From positions 17,135-81,134 of the forward strand of contig CACMWW010000005.1 of NCBI GenBank assembly GCA_902617525.1: a stretch of 64,000 nucleotides of DNA. The letters run 5' to 3'. The DNA comes from an uncultured Pelagibacteraceae bacterium. GTDB taxonomy: Bacteria > Pseudomonadota > Alphaproteobacteria > Pelagibacterales > AG-422-B15. Position 1 is the first letter of the stretch; each line of letters opens with the position of its first letter. Shown here piece by piece: positions 18,174-29,004 of this stretch. The position numbers and the translations under genes were made by a program. Under the pieces are notes generated by a model. It was not told the DNA's origin. It searched no databases and saw only the letters and a program-made list of their open reading frames with translations.

Positions 18174-19313
18174 TTAATTTATAACTTCTTTATAAAAATT
18201 TATTGTCTCCTCACACATTTTAATTTTTGAATATTTTTCTCTAACATGTGAAATGCATGCTTCTGAAGTCTTATCTGATTTATGTTTTTCATTAGAAATT
18301 GCATCAATTATTTTTTCACATAGATCCTCAGAGTTATTGTTTTCAAATAAGTATCCTGTTTCGCCATCTTTGACAGTCTCAACTGACCCTCCATGATTTG
18401 ACGCTATTACAAATTTACCCATTGCTTGGGCCTCTACAGAAATTCTACCAAAAGCTTCTGGATCTGTTGACGCAGATATTACTAAGTCAGCCAGACTATA
18501 AAAATTATTTAAATCATTCCTGGGGCCCGCAAAATGAAGAGATTTTGAAAAGTTGTGTTCGTTTGCAAATTTTTTTAATGAAGTCTTAAGTTTAAGATTT
18601 TCATCGGGACCAACAAAAATTATCTCGAATTTATGATTTGTTTTTTTAAGAATACTAGAAATCGCTTGAAGAAGAAGTTTATGTCCCTTCCATCCCGTTA
18701 TTCTTCCAGCAAGAAGAATCTTAATTGCATCATTATCAATATTGAATTCTTTTATAATTAATTCTACTTGCTGAATTTTACAGTTATTTGGATCAAAAAA
18801 ATTGAGGTCTACCCCTCTAGCAATAGTTCTAATATTATAATTTTTATTTGGGTAACTATTATTTATATGATCATTAATAAATTCTGAAATTGCAATTGTT
18901 CCATTTGTTTTTAGCATAATAGAGTTATAGTATTTTTTTAGTGGATTACTAAAATTGTATGTGCCATGAAATGTTGTAATAAATTTTGCGCCAGTTACAG
19001 CACATGCAAAGTATGAGCTCCATGCAGGTGCTCTACTTCTAGCGTGCACAATTGTTATATTTAGTTTTTTAATAAGTTGTATAATTTTAATTGTATTCAA
19101 AAAAATTTTAAATGGGTTTTTAGAGTTAACGGGGGCATAAAAAACTTTTTCATTAGAGTCTTTTACTTCTATTGATTTAGGTCCTGAATGAGTAAGAATA
19201 TAAGAATTATAATTCTTCTCTGACAAAAAATTTGCAACATCAACACATCCTTGAGAAGCGCCACTTACATCAAGATTAGGTATTACTTGTAATACGCAAA
19301 TTTTTGATTGCAT
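18174..19313 (-). CDS. Glycosyltransferase family 4 (GT-B, RfaG-like)
   Basis: 379 aa. The C-terminal half carries the E-x7-E type region (EAFGRISVEAQAMGKFVIASNHGGSVETV). Confidence 0.8.
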   Translation of the reverse strand: MQSKICVLQVIPNLDVSGASQGCVDVANFLSEKNYNSYILTHSGPKSIEVKDSNEKVFYAPVNSKNPFKIFLNTIKIIQLIKKLNITIVHARSRAPAWSSYFACAVTGAKFITTFHGTYNFSNPLKKYYNSIMLKTNGTIAISEFINDHINNSYPNKNYNIRTIARGVDLNFFDPNNCKIQQVELIIKEFNIDNDAIKILLAGRITGWKGHKLLLQAISSILKKTNHKFEIIFVGPDENLKLKTSLKKFANEHNFSKSLHFAGPRNDLNNFYSLADLVISASTDPEAFGRISVEAQAMGKFVIASNHGGSVETVKDGETGYLFENNNSEDLCEKIIDAISNEKHKSDKTSEACISHVREKYSKIKMCEETINFYKEVIN

Positions 19314-19353
19314 ATAGTATTTCTAATAGTTAAATGATTAATAGTAAATCATT

Positions 19354-20100
19354 ATGCAAAATAAAGTTAATTACATCAATTCTTCTTTTGATGAACAAAT
19401 CGCTTATTCAAAAGATGATCTAAAATCTCAAACAACAATTTTCTTCTTTGGAGGGTACAGCTCAAGCATGGATGGAACTAAGGCAACCGCTTTAAGTAAA
19501 TGGTGCATTGAAAATAAATTGAATTTTTTGAGATTTGACTATTCTGGTCATGGCGTGTCAAAGGGTAGATTTGAAGATGGCGGAATTAGTAAGTGGTCAA
19601 TAGAAGCGAGTGAAATATTTGAAAAATTTAAATCAAATAAAAATATTATTATCGGTTCGAGTATGGGTGGATGGATTTCTTTAATCGTATCTAAGCAAAA
19701 ATCAAATTATGTAAATGGTCTAATAGGCATAGCATCAGCACCAGATTTTGTTGTAGGTGAATGGAATAGGCTAAGTATTGAACAAAAAAAACAAATTAAG
19801 TCTGAAGGTAAAATTATAATTAATTGGGATAAGTACGCTGAGGATTACACCATAACTTATAAATTTCTTGAAGATGGAAAAAAAAATATGCTCTTAACAA
19901 AGCCGATTGATATCTCTTGTCCTGTAAGGCTTCTACATGGAAGGAAAGATCAGGTAGTAAGTTTTACAACCTCGGAGAAAATTATTGAATTATTGGAAAG
20001 TAAAAATAAAAAACTTACAATTATCGAAGATGGAGATCACAGTCTTTCAAGAGAAACTGATCTAAATACTTTATACAAAAATATCGAAGAATTATTGTAA
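19354..20100 (+). CDS. Alpha/beta hydrolase
   Basis: 248 aa with nucleophile elbow GSSMGG and C-terminal DGDH. Confidence 0.7.
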   Translation: MQNKVNYINSSFDEQIAYSKDDLKSQTTIFFFGGYSSSMDGTKATALSKWCIENKLNFLRFDYSGHGVSKGRFEDGGISKWSIEASEIFEKFKSNKNIIIGSSMGGWISLIVSKQKSNYVNGLIGIASAPDFVVGEWNRLSIEQKKQIKSEGKIIINWDKYAEDYTITYKFLEDGKKNMLLTKPIDISCPVRLLHGRKDQVVSFTTSEKIIELLESKNKKLTIIEDGDHSLSRETDLNTLYKNIEELL

Positions 20101-20990
20101 TGAATTCAACTCTTAATAATTATTCACTTTTAGTATTCCTTGGTGCTGTTTGGGGAGCCTCTTTTGTAGCAATAAAGTTTTGCAACTTTATGTTTAATCC
20201 AATTGAAATAGGTTTTTTTAGAACATTTATTGGGGCGATTTTTCTTCTTGCAGCAGTTCTATATAGAGCAGGAAACCTTCAGCTTTTTAAAGAAAATACT
20301 TTTACTTACGCAATCATTGGATTGTTTAACGCCGCAATCCCTTTCACTTTGATCCCTTATGGATTATTAACTCTGCCTAGCAATATAGGTGTTATTATAA
20401 TGTCAGCTAACCCTTTTCTTGCATTGATATTGGCACATTACTTTACAGATGATGAAAAATTAAACCTTAGAAAAATGATAGGAACTATAATTGGTTTTTC
20501 TGGAGTTGTGTTCGCGGTTGGCGTGCAAGTTTTTGTAACTGATATGTCAAGTTTTATCGGCGCTCTAGCGATTTATTTAGCGGGTTGTTCATATGTGGTA
20601 TCAAATTTAATTATTCGAAAAGTTTCAAACTTGCCTTCCGATATGGTTACGATGAATACGCTAGCATGGGGAAGTATATGGCTTATTCCATTGATGCTAT
20701 TATTTGCAGAACCAATAAATTATGAAATGAATCTTACGGCGATTTCTGCATTGTTTTATTTAGGCATAATTCCAACTGGCCTTGCATTTAGTCTGAGGCA
20801 AATATTGATTAGAACTGCGGGAACTACTTTCATGATGCAGGTGGCATATTTAATTCCTGTATTTGGAATATTTTATGGCTGGGCATTAATGAATGAACCA
20901 CTGAAATTTTCATTATTAATTGGCGTTATACTTGTAGTAATTGGGATCGCAATTAGTAGATTACAAGTTGAGTCAAATACAGGAATTTAG
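20100..20990 (+). CDS. EamA/DMT family transporter
   Basis: 296 aa, ten hydrophobic helices in two EamA-like halves. Confidence 0.8.
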   Translation: MNSTLNNYSLLVFLGAVWGASFVAIKFCNFMFNPIEIGFFRTFIGAIFLLAAVLYRAGNLQLFKENTFTYAIIGLFNAAIPFTLIPYGLLTLPSNIGVIIMSANPFLALILAHYFTDDEKLNLRKMIGTIIGFSGVVFAVGVQVFVTDMSSFIGALAIYLAGCSYVVSNLIIRKVSNLPSDMVTMNTLAWGSIWLIPLMLLFAEPINYEMNLTAISALFYLGIIPTGLAFSLRQILIRTAGTTFMMQVAYLIPVFGIFYGWALMNEPLKFSLLIGVILVVIGIAISRLQVESNTGI

Positions 20991-21835
20991 TTATTTAAAT
21001 TAATGATTTGATTATAACCTTCTTTATATGAGGGATATTCTAAAATAATACCAAGTTCTTCTTTGATAAGCCTGTTGCTCACTTTTTTATTTTCAGAAAA
21101 AAAACTTTCTATTTGTTCTTTTTTACTTAACGTTTCATAAATAACTTCATTGGGTATGGTAATTGAAATCTTTTTTGAAATATAGTCAATCACATCATCA
21201 AGAGTCGACGGACAGTCGTCAGCAATATTGTATATAGAAATAGGATTCGGTTTGTTCATTGAAGCTAAAATAGTATTTGTTAAATCATTGATGTATATTC
21301 TTGAAAAAAAATGTCCCTTTTTTATTATTCTTGTGAAATTTCGAGATTGAATTCTTCCAAGAATATTTCTTTCTGGTCCATATATGCCGGCAATTCTAAA
21401 TATATGTAAGGGTAGATTATATTTTTTAGATAACTGACTCCACTGATCCTCTGCAAGCTGACGGCTAATTCCTCTTTTAGACTTAGTAAGTAATCTTGAG
21501 GTTTCACTCACAAATTGACCTTCATGATCGCCATAAACACTTGTAGCAGATAAATAGCCAATCCATTTAAGATTAATTAATTCATATAAATTAAAATTTA
21601 TATCTTTTAAAAAAATATCACCACTTTGATCTGGTGGCACAGATATAACTAAATGAGTTATTTCATTTTTATATTTTTCGAGAATATTTAGGGTCTTCGA
21701 AGGGTCAATGACTCGAATGTTTTTTTGACTGATTTGTAGACTATTTAGACTTCGAGAAGTGGCAAAAATTTCTTTATCACTTACCTTGCTTGCAAGATGT
21801 TTGGCTGTATATCCATAACCGAATATAAAAATCAT
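20987..21835 (-). CDS. NAD-dependent epimerase/dehydratase family (extended SDR) protein
   Basis: 282 aa. N-terminal Rossmann turn FGYGYTA and the general layout of the family. Substrate unknown. Confidence 0.6.
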   Translation of the reverse strand: MIFIFGYGYTAKHLASKVSDKEIFATSRSLNSLQISQKNIRVIDPSKTLNILEKYKNEITHLVISVPPDQSGDIFLKDINFNLYELINLKWIGYLSATSVYGDHEGQFVSETSRLLTKSKRGISRQLAEDQWSQLSKKYNLPLHIFRIAGIYGPERNILGRIQSRNFTRIIKKGHFFSRIYINDLTNTILASMNKPNPISIYNIADDCPSTLDDVIDYISKKISITIPNEVIYETLSKKEQIESFFSENKKVSNRLIKEELGIILEYPSYKEGYNQIINLNN

Positions 21836-21839
21836 AAGT

Positions 21840-23015
21840 TTAATTTAACCATTCTTCTTGAACATTTTTATTTTTTTCAAGAGAGAAATATTTCTTTTTG
21901 TAGTTTTCAATATGATTACTATCAATCACTTGCTTTAATGACCAAACAGCCATTGCTCTTACAGTAGAAGACTCATCTTCTAAAAGTGCCTCAATATCTT
22001 TCTTATATTTTATTTCTTTACTATTTCCAACTGCGATCAATACATTTCTTAAAAATCTATCTCTGCCGATCCTTTTAATACTCGATTTAGCAAACTTTTT
22101 TCTAAAATCTTCATCTGTTAAACTTAAAAAAGCACCTAAATCAGGCTTGATAAGATCATCTCTTGGATAAAAACTAATTTCTTTAGATTTTTTTGCAAAT
22201 TTATTCCAGGGACAAACTGCTAAACAATCATCACAACCATAAATTCTATTTCCAATTAGTTTTCTCAAATTTTTATCTATAATACCTTTATGTTCTATTG
22301 TGAGATATGAAATGCATTTAGTAGCATCTAATTTGTAAGGCTCAACAATTGCATTAGTTGGACATATATCAATACAGTTTGTACATGAACCACAATGATC
22401 AATTTCTGGGCGAGTATTATTTATTTTTTTATCAACAAAAATTGATGAAAGAAATAACCATGACCCAAAGTCTTTTGAAACAAGATTTGTATGTTTGCCT
22501 TGCCAACCAATGCCACCTTTCATAGAAATAGGCTTTTCCATAACAGGAGCTGTATCTACAAAGTATTTAAAACTGCAATTAAGCAAATTTGAGATTTCAA
22601 ATGAAAGACTTTTCAATTTTTTTTTAATTATTTTATGATAATCAGAATTTCTTGAATAAACAGAAATTATACCCTTATTTTTTTCAGACAATAACTCGAG
22701 TGAATTACATTCAAAATGATAGTTTATCCCAAGAACAATTATTGACTGCGCTTCATCCCACAGAACGTTTGGATTTGACCTATAATTGGATCTTTTCTCC
22801 ATCCATGCCATTTCACCATGATGATTTTTTTCCAAGAACTCATCTAGTTCTTTTTTAAAATCCAATTTCGGGTTTATATCTACAATACCAAAAGTATCAA
22901 AACCATGCTGCTCTATTAATTTTTTTAGTTCATTACTTTTATCTAGTTGACCTTCTTCAACTGATCTTTGAAGCCTAATGGCTGAGGAAGAATTTTTACT
23001 ATCTCTTTTGGACAT
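21840..23015 (-). CDS. queG: Epoxyqueuosine reductase
   Basis: 391 aa. Two 4Fe-4S motifs (CGSCTNCIDICP, CDDCLAVCPWN), a TIEHKG segment and a C-terminal HEAT-like repeat. The only canonical start (ATG 23015) overlaps the gltB 3' end by 73 nt. Confidence 0.85.
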   Translation of the reverse strand: MSKRDSKNSSSAIRLQRSVEEGQLDKSNELKKLIEQHGFDTFGIVDINPKLDFKKELDEFLEKNHHGEMAWMEKRSNYRSNPNVLWDEAQSIIVLGINYHFECNSLELLSEKNKGIISVYSRNSDYHKIIKKKLKSLSFEISNLLNCSFKYFVDTAPVMEKPISMKGGIGWQGKHTNLVSKDFGSWLFLSSIFVDKKINNTRPEIDHCGSCTNCIDICPTNAIVEPYKLDATKCISYLTIEHKGIIDKNLRKLIGNRIYGCDDCLAVCPWNKFAKKSKEISFYPRDDLIKPDLGAFLSLTDEDFRKKFAKSSIKRIGRDRFLRNVLIAVGNSKEIKYKKDIEALLEDESSTVRAMAVWSLKQVIDSNHIENYKKKYFSLEKNKNVQEEWLN

Positions 23016-26000
23016 ACGTGTATAAATTTTTGTATTTCAGTTTCCCAATTGTCTAATATGCTCTTCGCGTGAAGACTTCCCGTATTTTGATAATGTGAAA
23101 GAATAATTTGGTTAAGTTCATTTGTCCAATAATCAGATGCTATAGTATCAAAAATTAGAGTTTCAGCGTTAACTCTCTGGTTAAATTTTTTATCCTCATC
23201 ATAAATAAAAGCCATACCTCCTGTCATTCCCGCCCCGAAATTATCTCCAGTTTTTCCAAGCACAACAACAGTGCCGCCGGTCATGTACTCACAGCCGTTA
23301 GAGCCGCATCCCTCTACAACTGTAATCGCCCCTGAATTCCTTACAGCAAACCGCTCACCTGCTTGCCCAGCAGCATATAACTCTCCTGAAGTAGCACCGT
23401 AAAGAACTGTATTTCCGATTATTGTATTTTCATTTGTAACTAAATTACTATTCTTATGAGGTCGAATTGAAATAGTTGCACCAGATAAACCTTTACCAAC
23501 ATAATCATTTGAATCTCCATAAAGATTTATTTTTAGTCCTTTAATAGCAAAAGCTCCTAGCGACTGACCCGCTGACCCAGTCAGATTAATAGTCAGATGT
23601 TCTTTATTAACTTCTTTATCTTTGAAAGTTCTGTATATAGTCGAAGATAATCTTGTACCAACAGCTCTATCAGTATTTCTAATGGGATAGTTTAGTTCAG
23701 TTTTTTGACCTGTTTGTAAAAATTTAGATGCATCCTCAATAATTTTTTGGTCAAGTGTTGACCCAACGTCATTGATAATGGAGTGGCTAAAGTATTCTAC
23801 GTTTGGATCCTTTTCCGCTTGAATGAGCAATGAATTAAGGTCTAAGTCATCTAAATGAGTTGATCCCCTTGATATTTGATACAAAAGATCAGTTCTTCCA
23901 ATGATTTCGTTTAGGCTTTTGAATCCTAGTTCTGCCAAGATTTCTCTTACCTCTTCAGCAATATAACTAAAAAGGTTAACCACTTTTTCAGGACTACCTG
24001 AAAATCTTGCTCTTAAGTCATCATCTTGAGTACAAACTCCAACTGGACATGTGTTTGAGTGACATTGCCTTACCATTATACAGCCCATTGCAACCAGTGA
24101 GGTTGTGCCAACACCAAACTCCTCAGCGCCCATAATTGCAGCAATTACAACGTCACGACCTGTTTTGATACCTCCATCAGTTCTAAGCACAACGTTTTGC
24201 CTTAAGCCGTTAAGTGTCAAAACTTGATTCACTTCTGTTAAGCCCATTTCCCAAGGGATACCCGCGTATTTAATACTTGTTTGAGGACTTGCACCAGTTC
24301 CACCATTATGTCCTGAAATTAAAATGACGTCGGCTTTAGCCTTCGCAACACCTGCCGCTATTGTTCCAATTCCAGATGACGCTACAAGCTTTACACAAAC
24401 TCTAGCATCTGGGTTTGCCTGTTTAAGATCATAAATCAGTTGAGCAAGATCTTCTATTGAATAAATATCGTGATGTGGTGGAGGGCTGATTAGTGTAACA
24501 CCTTCTGTTGAGTGGCGAAGCTTGGCTATCTCAGCAGTTACTTTAAATCCAGGAAGCTGACCACCCTCACCAGGCTTAGCTCCTTGAGCTATTTTAATTT
24601 CTATTTCCTCACAGTTATTTAAATATTCAGTTGTCACACCAAACCTTGCGGAAGCTACTTGTTTTACTCTTGAGTTAGCACTGTCTCCATTATTGAGAGG
24701 CTTCGATCTTTCAATCGACTCACCACCTTCGCCTGAACAGGAAGCGCCTCCGATCCGATTCATTGCTATTGCTAGTGTTTCATGGGCCTCCTTTGAAAGT
24801 GCTCCATGTGACATACTTCCTGTACCGAAGCGCTTTCTGATAGACGTTATTGACTCTACTTCGCTTAATTCGATTGAACGTTCACTTTCTTTAAACTCGA
24901 GCAAATCTCTAATATTGATTGGAGCAAAGTTGCTCATGGAGTTTGAATATTTTTTAAACATCTCATAAGAGTCATCCGCAACCGCTGTTTGTAGAAGATG
25001 TATCAACTTGCCTTCATAAGCATGAGTTTCACCACCGTTTCTGTACCGATAAATGCCACCGATAGGCAGTGTTTGTATGCTATCTGAATACGCATAATTA
25101 TGAAGATCGGTTAGTTTTTTTTCAATTCCAGATAGACCAATGCCTGACATACGACTTTGTACACCAAGGAAATATTCATTGACCATTGAGCGGCTTAAGC
25201 CAACAGCTTCAAAATTAAATCCGCCCCTGTAAGCACTAATAACTGAAATTCCTAGCTTAGACATAACTTTAAGTAAGCCTTGGTCTACTGCTTTTTTATA
25301 TCGCTCAACACATTGCTCGTAAGATAAATTTCCAAAAAGTCCCTTTTGTTGTCTTTCATAAATACAGTCTAATGCTAAGTAAGGGTTTACTGTCGTGGCG
25401 CCAACACCAATGAGTACCGCAAAGTAATGAGTATCCAGACACTCTGCAGACCTTACGTGCAATGATACAAAAGATCTTATGCCTTTACGTGTCAAATCTG
25501 TGTGAACTGCAGCGGTGATCAATATCATTGGTAAAGATAATTTGTCGTGGTCCGCACTAATATCAGACAGTACGATATGAGACTTTCCGCTTAAAACTGC
25601 AGTCTCAGACTCGAATTGAATACGCTTTATTTCCTCTTTTAAATTAAAATTCTCCTTATGAACTGTACAATCAATCACAGTTGTAGATTCTTGTCCCCGA
25701 GCAGAAATCTTTTTGAACAACCCATTTGTTATAAATGGACTATCAATTACAAAAACATTTTCTTCATAAGGATTAGGAGATAGGATATCTTGTAAATTTC
25801 CAAATCGAGTTTTTAAACTCATTCTGCTTTGCTCTCTTAGACTATCAATTGGAGGGTTTGTTACCTGACTAAACTTTTGTCTAAAAAAATGCGACAATGG
25901 TCGATACTTGTCCGACAACACAGCAACAGGAGTATCATCACCCATGCTTCCAGTAGATTCCTTGGCATCACTCACCATTGGATGAAGAATAAGTTCTAGT

Positions 26001-27463
26001 TCTTCCATTGTGAAACCAGCCGCGATCATTCTTTTTCTTAATTTTTCAGTTTCTATAACTGTCGACTCTCTTGAAACTGTTACTCTTTTATCTAATCGAA
26101 TTATTTTTTTGACATACTCTTCATAAGGAGCTTCTTTCGCAAGATAGTCTTTTAAATCAGAGTTACGATAAATTTTTCCTTCCTTCAAATTTATTCCAAT
26201 TATATCTCCAGGGCCCAGTCTCCCTTTTTCAACTATCTTTGACTCATCAACCCTGACCATTCCCGTTTCAGAACCAACGTATATTATGTTGTCATTTGAT
26301 ACAGAGTACCGCATTGGCCTTAAGCCATTTCGATCCATACCACCAATGATCCAATTTCCGTCAACTGCAGCTATCGCTGCAGGTCCATCCCATGGTTCAA
26401 CAATGGCGTTTGAAAACTCATACATATTTCTATGCTCAATTGGCATTAGTTCACTTCTTTTTGACCACGCCTCTGGTATTAGAAGAGTTTTAACAAGGGG
26501 GACTGATCTTCCAGCTCTAACATATAGTTCAAATGCGGCATCTAAGGCAGCAGAGTCAGAAACATTTTTTTCTATAATTGGTTTAACTTGTTCACTATCA
26601 TCACCAAAAATTTCTGATGTAATTCTTGTTTGATGATTTCTCATCCAGTTTGTATTTCCGGAAATTGTATTTATCTCTCCATTGTGAGCCAACATTCTAA
26701 ATGGTTGCGCCAAACCCCAGGATGGAAAGGTATTTGTAGAATATCTCTGATGAAACACTGCATAAGAAGAAACAAAATTATGATTAGCTAAATCAGGATA
26801 GAATATGGAAAGTTGTTCAGCTAAAAACAATCCCTTGTAAATAATTGACTCAAAACTTAGAGAGCATACATAAAATCCATTAATTTGCTGTTTTGCTATT
26901 CTCTTTTCAAGTCGACGTCTTACAAGATATAATTCTTTTGAATAATCAAAATTACTTTCTCTTTCAATGTTGTTAACAAACATAACCTGCTCAATCTCAG
27001 GTCTAGTTGAGTTAGCTTTTTCACCAATAACGCTATTGTTAATAGGCACTTGTCTCCAGCCATATATGTAGTATCCATGATCAAGAAGTTCTGACTCGAT
27101 TATTGTTCGACATTTTTCTAATGCCGCATAGTCGTTTCTCGGCAAAAACATCATACCAATGCCTAGAGGCTCATCTCTTTTTTCATGGCCCGTTTTGGCA
27201 ATTTCATCATCAAAGAAGTTTATAGGTATTTGTGTCAGTATACCGGCGCCATCTCCTGTTTTGCCATCAGCATCTACTGCGCCTCTATGCCATACAGCTT
27301 TTAGCGCATCTATACCACCTTCGACAACTTCTCTTCTTTGTTTACCGTCTACTGATGCTACGAAGCCAACACCGCATGCGTCGTGCTCTTGTTTAGGACT
27401 ATAAAGGTGCCCTTCTTCCAAGACTTGCTTATTTTTTCTGTATCTACTGAAATCTGAACTCAC
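22943..27463 (-). CDS. gltB: Glutamate synthase (NADPH) large subunit
   Basis: 1506 aa with an Ntn amidotransferase Cys (HDACGVGF), FMN and 3Fe-4S domains, and a GXGXG C-terminal domain. Confidence 0.97.
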   Translation of the reverse strand: MSSDFSRYRKNKQVLEEGHLYSPKQEHDACGVGFVASVDGKQRREVVEGGIDALKAVWHRGAVDADGKTGDGAGILTQIPINFFDDEIAKTGHEKRDEPLGIGMMFLPRNDYAALEKCRTIIESELLDHGYYIYGWRQVPINNSVIGEKANSTRPEIEQVMFVNNIERESNFDYSKELYLVRRRLEKRIAKQQINGFYVCSLSFESIIYKGLFLAEQLSIFYPDLANHNFVSSYAVFHQRYSTNTFPSWGLAQPFRMLAHNGEINTISGNTNWMRNHQTRITSEIFGDDSEQVKPIIEKNVSDSAALDAAFELYVRAGRSVPLVKTLLIPEAWSKRSELMPIEHRNMYEFSNAIVEPWDGPAAIAAVDGNWIIGGMDRNGLRPMRYSVSNDNIIYVGSETGMVRVDESKIVEKGRLGPGDIIGINLKEGKIYRNSDLKDYLAKEAPYEEYVKKIIRLDKRVTVSRESTVIETEKLRKRMIAAGFTMEELELILHPMVSDAKESTGSMGDDTPVAVLSDKYRPLSHFFRQKFSQVTNPPIDSLREQSRMSLKTRFGNLQDILSPNPYEENVFVIDSPFITNGLFKKISARGQESTTVIDCTVHKENFNLKEEIKRIQFESETAVLSGKSHIVLSDISADHDKLSLPMILITAAVHTDLTRKGIRSFVSLHVRSAECLDTHYFAVLIGVGATTVNPYLALDCIYERQQKGLFGNLSYEQCVERYKKAVDQGLLKVMSKLGISVISAYRGGFNFEAVGLSRSMVNEYFLGVQSRMSGIGLSGIEKKLTDLHNYAYSDSIQTLPIGGIYRYRNGGETHAYEGKLIHLLQTAVADDSYEMFKKYSNSMSNFAPINIRDLLEFKESERSIELSEVESITSIRKRFGTGSMSHGALSKEAHETLAIAMNRIGGASCSGEGGESIERSKPLNNGDSANSRVKQVASARFGVTTEYLNNCEEIEIKIAQGAKPGEGGQLPGFKVTAEIAKLRHSTEGVTLISPPPHHDIYSIEDLAQLIYDLKQANPDARVCVKLVASSGIGTIAAGVAKAKADVILISGHNGGTGASPQTSIKYAGIPWEMGLTEVNQVLTLNGLRQNVVLRTDGGIKTGRDVVIAAIMGAEEFGVGTTSLVAMGCIMVRQCHSNTCPVGVCTQDDDLRARFSGSPEKVVNLFSYIAEEVREILAELGFKSLNEIIGRTDLLYQISRGSTHLDDLDLNSLLIQAEKDPNVEYFSHSIINDVGSTLDQKIIEDASKFLQTGQKTELNYPIRNTDRAVGTRLSSTIYRTFKDKEVNKEHLTINLTGSAGQSLGAFAIKGLKINLYGDSNDYVGKGLSGATISIRPHKNSNLVTNENTIIGNTVLYGATSGELYAAGQAGERFAVRNSGAITVVEGCGSNGCEYMTGGTVVVLGKTGDNFGAGMTGGMAFIYDEDKKFNQRVNAETLIFDTIASDYWTNELNQIILSHYQNTGSLHAKSILDNWETEIQKFIHVCPKEIVKILPQPLGFKDQLKKVN

Positions 27464-28899
27464 GATGCTTTAACCTTACTAGTCTCTGCCAGTTTTTTTG
27501 CTTCAATATAACCGTGTATTGAATTGGCCACATCTCGACCATCCCTTATTCCCCAAACTACTAATGAAGCCCCTCGAACAATATCTCCTGCAGCAAAGAC
27601 TCCATCAATATCAGTCATCATAGTATTAAAACCGACTCTTACTGTACCCCATTTTGTCACTGGTAAGTCTCTAACATTAAAAAGTGTGGGTAAATTTTCA
27701 GGTGAAAAACCGAGAGCAGCTATAACCATATCAGCCTTCAAATAAAAATCAGATCCATCTATTTGTTGAGGTGTTCTTCTTCCATCGGTATCAGGCTCAC
27801 TCAATCTCATTTTGATACAATCAATTTGGTAACCATTTTTTAAAACATTCATATTAGTTGGGAGAGATTGCCAAATGAATTCGACACCTTCCTCTTCAGC
27901 ATTATTTACCTCTCTTGCACTACCAGGCATATTTTCTTTATCTCTACGATATAAACATTTCACAGATTTGGCCTTTTGTCTTACAGCGGTTCGTACACAG
28001 TCCATTGCCGTGTCACCGCCACCTATGACCACAATGTCTTTACCTTTTGCATCCAACTCACCTTCATCAAATTTCTTAACTTTATCTCCAAGTCCTTTTC
28101 GATTAGATGCTGTTAAGTATTCTAATGCCGGAATTATGTTGCATGTACTATCACCCAGGTTAATTTCTTTAGCTTTATAAACACCTGTAGCTATTAAAAC
28201 TGCATCATGTTTTTTTTGAAGGTCTTCAAATTTTATATCTTTTCCAATTTCAACATTAAGATGAATATTAATTCCAGAGTCTTTTAAATATTGCATTCTC
28301 CTTTGAACAATATCTTTTTCTAATTTAAAATTTGGGATACCGTAAATTAACAATCCACCGGCTCTATCGTAACGATCATAAACATAAACCTTGTAACCTT
28401 TTTTTCTAAGCTCTTCTGCCGCTGCTAGTCCTGCTGGTCCTGCACCAATTACACCTATGCTATTTTCTTTTTCTATGTTCTTTTCAACCTTGAGAGGGGT
28501 AATCCATCCATTCTCAAATGCATTGTCTGTTAAATATTTCTCTACCGAGCCAATTGTTACGGATCCATGTCCTGATTGCTCGATGACGCAATTACCTTCA
28601 CATAATCTATCTTGAGGACAGATCCTACCACATATCTCAGGCATATTATTTGTGCTTGATGAAATTTCATAAGCCTCTTCCAACCTGTCCTCTGCGGCAA
28701 GCTTTAGCCAATCAGGTATATGGTTATGAAGTGGACAGTGGACTGTACAATATGGAACGCCACATTGAGAGCACCTGCTAGACTGTTCTTTTGCACTATT
28801 TTTAATAAAATTATCATAGATTTCTTGAAAATCTTTTTTTCTATCTTTTGATAATCTCTTATCAGGATACTCTTGATTTAGATCAGTAAATTTAAGCAT
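27460..28899 (-). CDS. gltD: Glutamate synthase (NADPH) small subunit
   Basis: 479 aa with Cys clusters (CSQCGVPYC, CPLHN, CGRICP...CEGNC) and dinucleotide folds (GAGPAGLAAA, GGGDTAMDC). ATGA overlap with gltB. Confidence 0.95.
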   Translation of the reverse strand: MLKFTDLNQEYPDKRLSKDRKKDFQEIYDNFIKNSAKEQSSRCSQCGVPYCTVHCPLHNHIPDWLKLAAEDRLEEAYEISSSTNNMPEICGRICPQDRLCEGNCVIEQSGHGSVTIGSVEKYLTDNAFENGWITPLKVEKNIEKENSIGVIGAGPAGLAAAEELRKKGYKVYVYDRYDRAGGLLIYGIPNFKLEKDIVQRRMQYLKDSGINIHLNVEIGKDIKFEDLQKKHDAVLIATGVYKAKEINLGDSTCNIIPALEYLTASNRKGLGDKVKKFDEGELDAKGKDIVVIGGGDTAMDCVRTAVRQKAKSVKCLYRRDKENMPGSAREVNNAEEEGVEFIWQSLPTNMNVLKNGYQIDCIKMRLSEPDTDGRRTPQQIDGSDFYLKADMVIAALGFSPENLPTLFNVRDLPVTKWGTVRVGFNTMMTDIDGVFAAGDIVRGASLVVWGIRDGRDVANSIHGYIEAKKLAETSKVKAS

Positions 28900-28909
28900 A
28901 ACATATAAT

Positions 28910-28930
28910 TATGTCATAATTATTGACATA
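28910..28930. promoter_or_regulatory. Candidate operator: perfect palindrome TATGTCA-N7-TGACATA
   Basis: 7-bp perfect inverted arms at 28910-28916 and 28924-28930, 11 nt upstream of the gltD start codon (28899). Confidence 0.35.
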
Positions 28931-28985
28931 TATAAAATCTCATTAATAATTTGAGTTGTTTTATATCAGTCTAATAATATATTAA

Positions 28986-29004
28986 TAGTCATACATTATG
29001 ACAT
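28986..29004. promoter_or_regulatory. Candidate second operator: tAGTCA-N7-TGACAT
   Basis: GTCA (28988-28991) and TGAC (28999-29002) with the same 7-nt spacing and the same right arm TGACAT. Its centre lies 75 bp from the first site. Confidence 0.25.

Noticed and set aside
27460-28899. gltD precedes gltB, the reverse of the E. coli gltBD order.
   Set aside because: This order is known from other alphaproteobacteria such as Azospirillum, so it is not unusual for the lineage.
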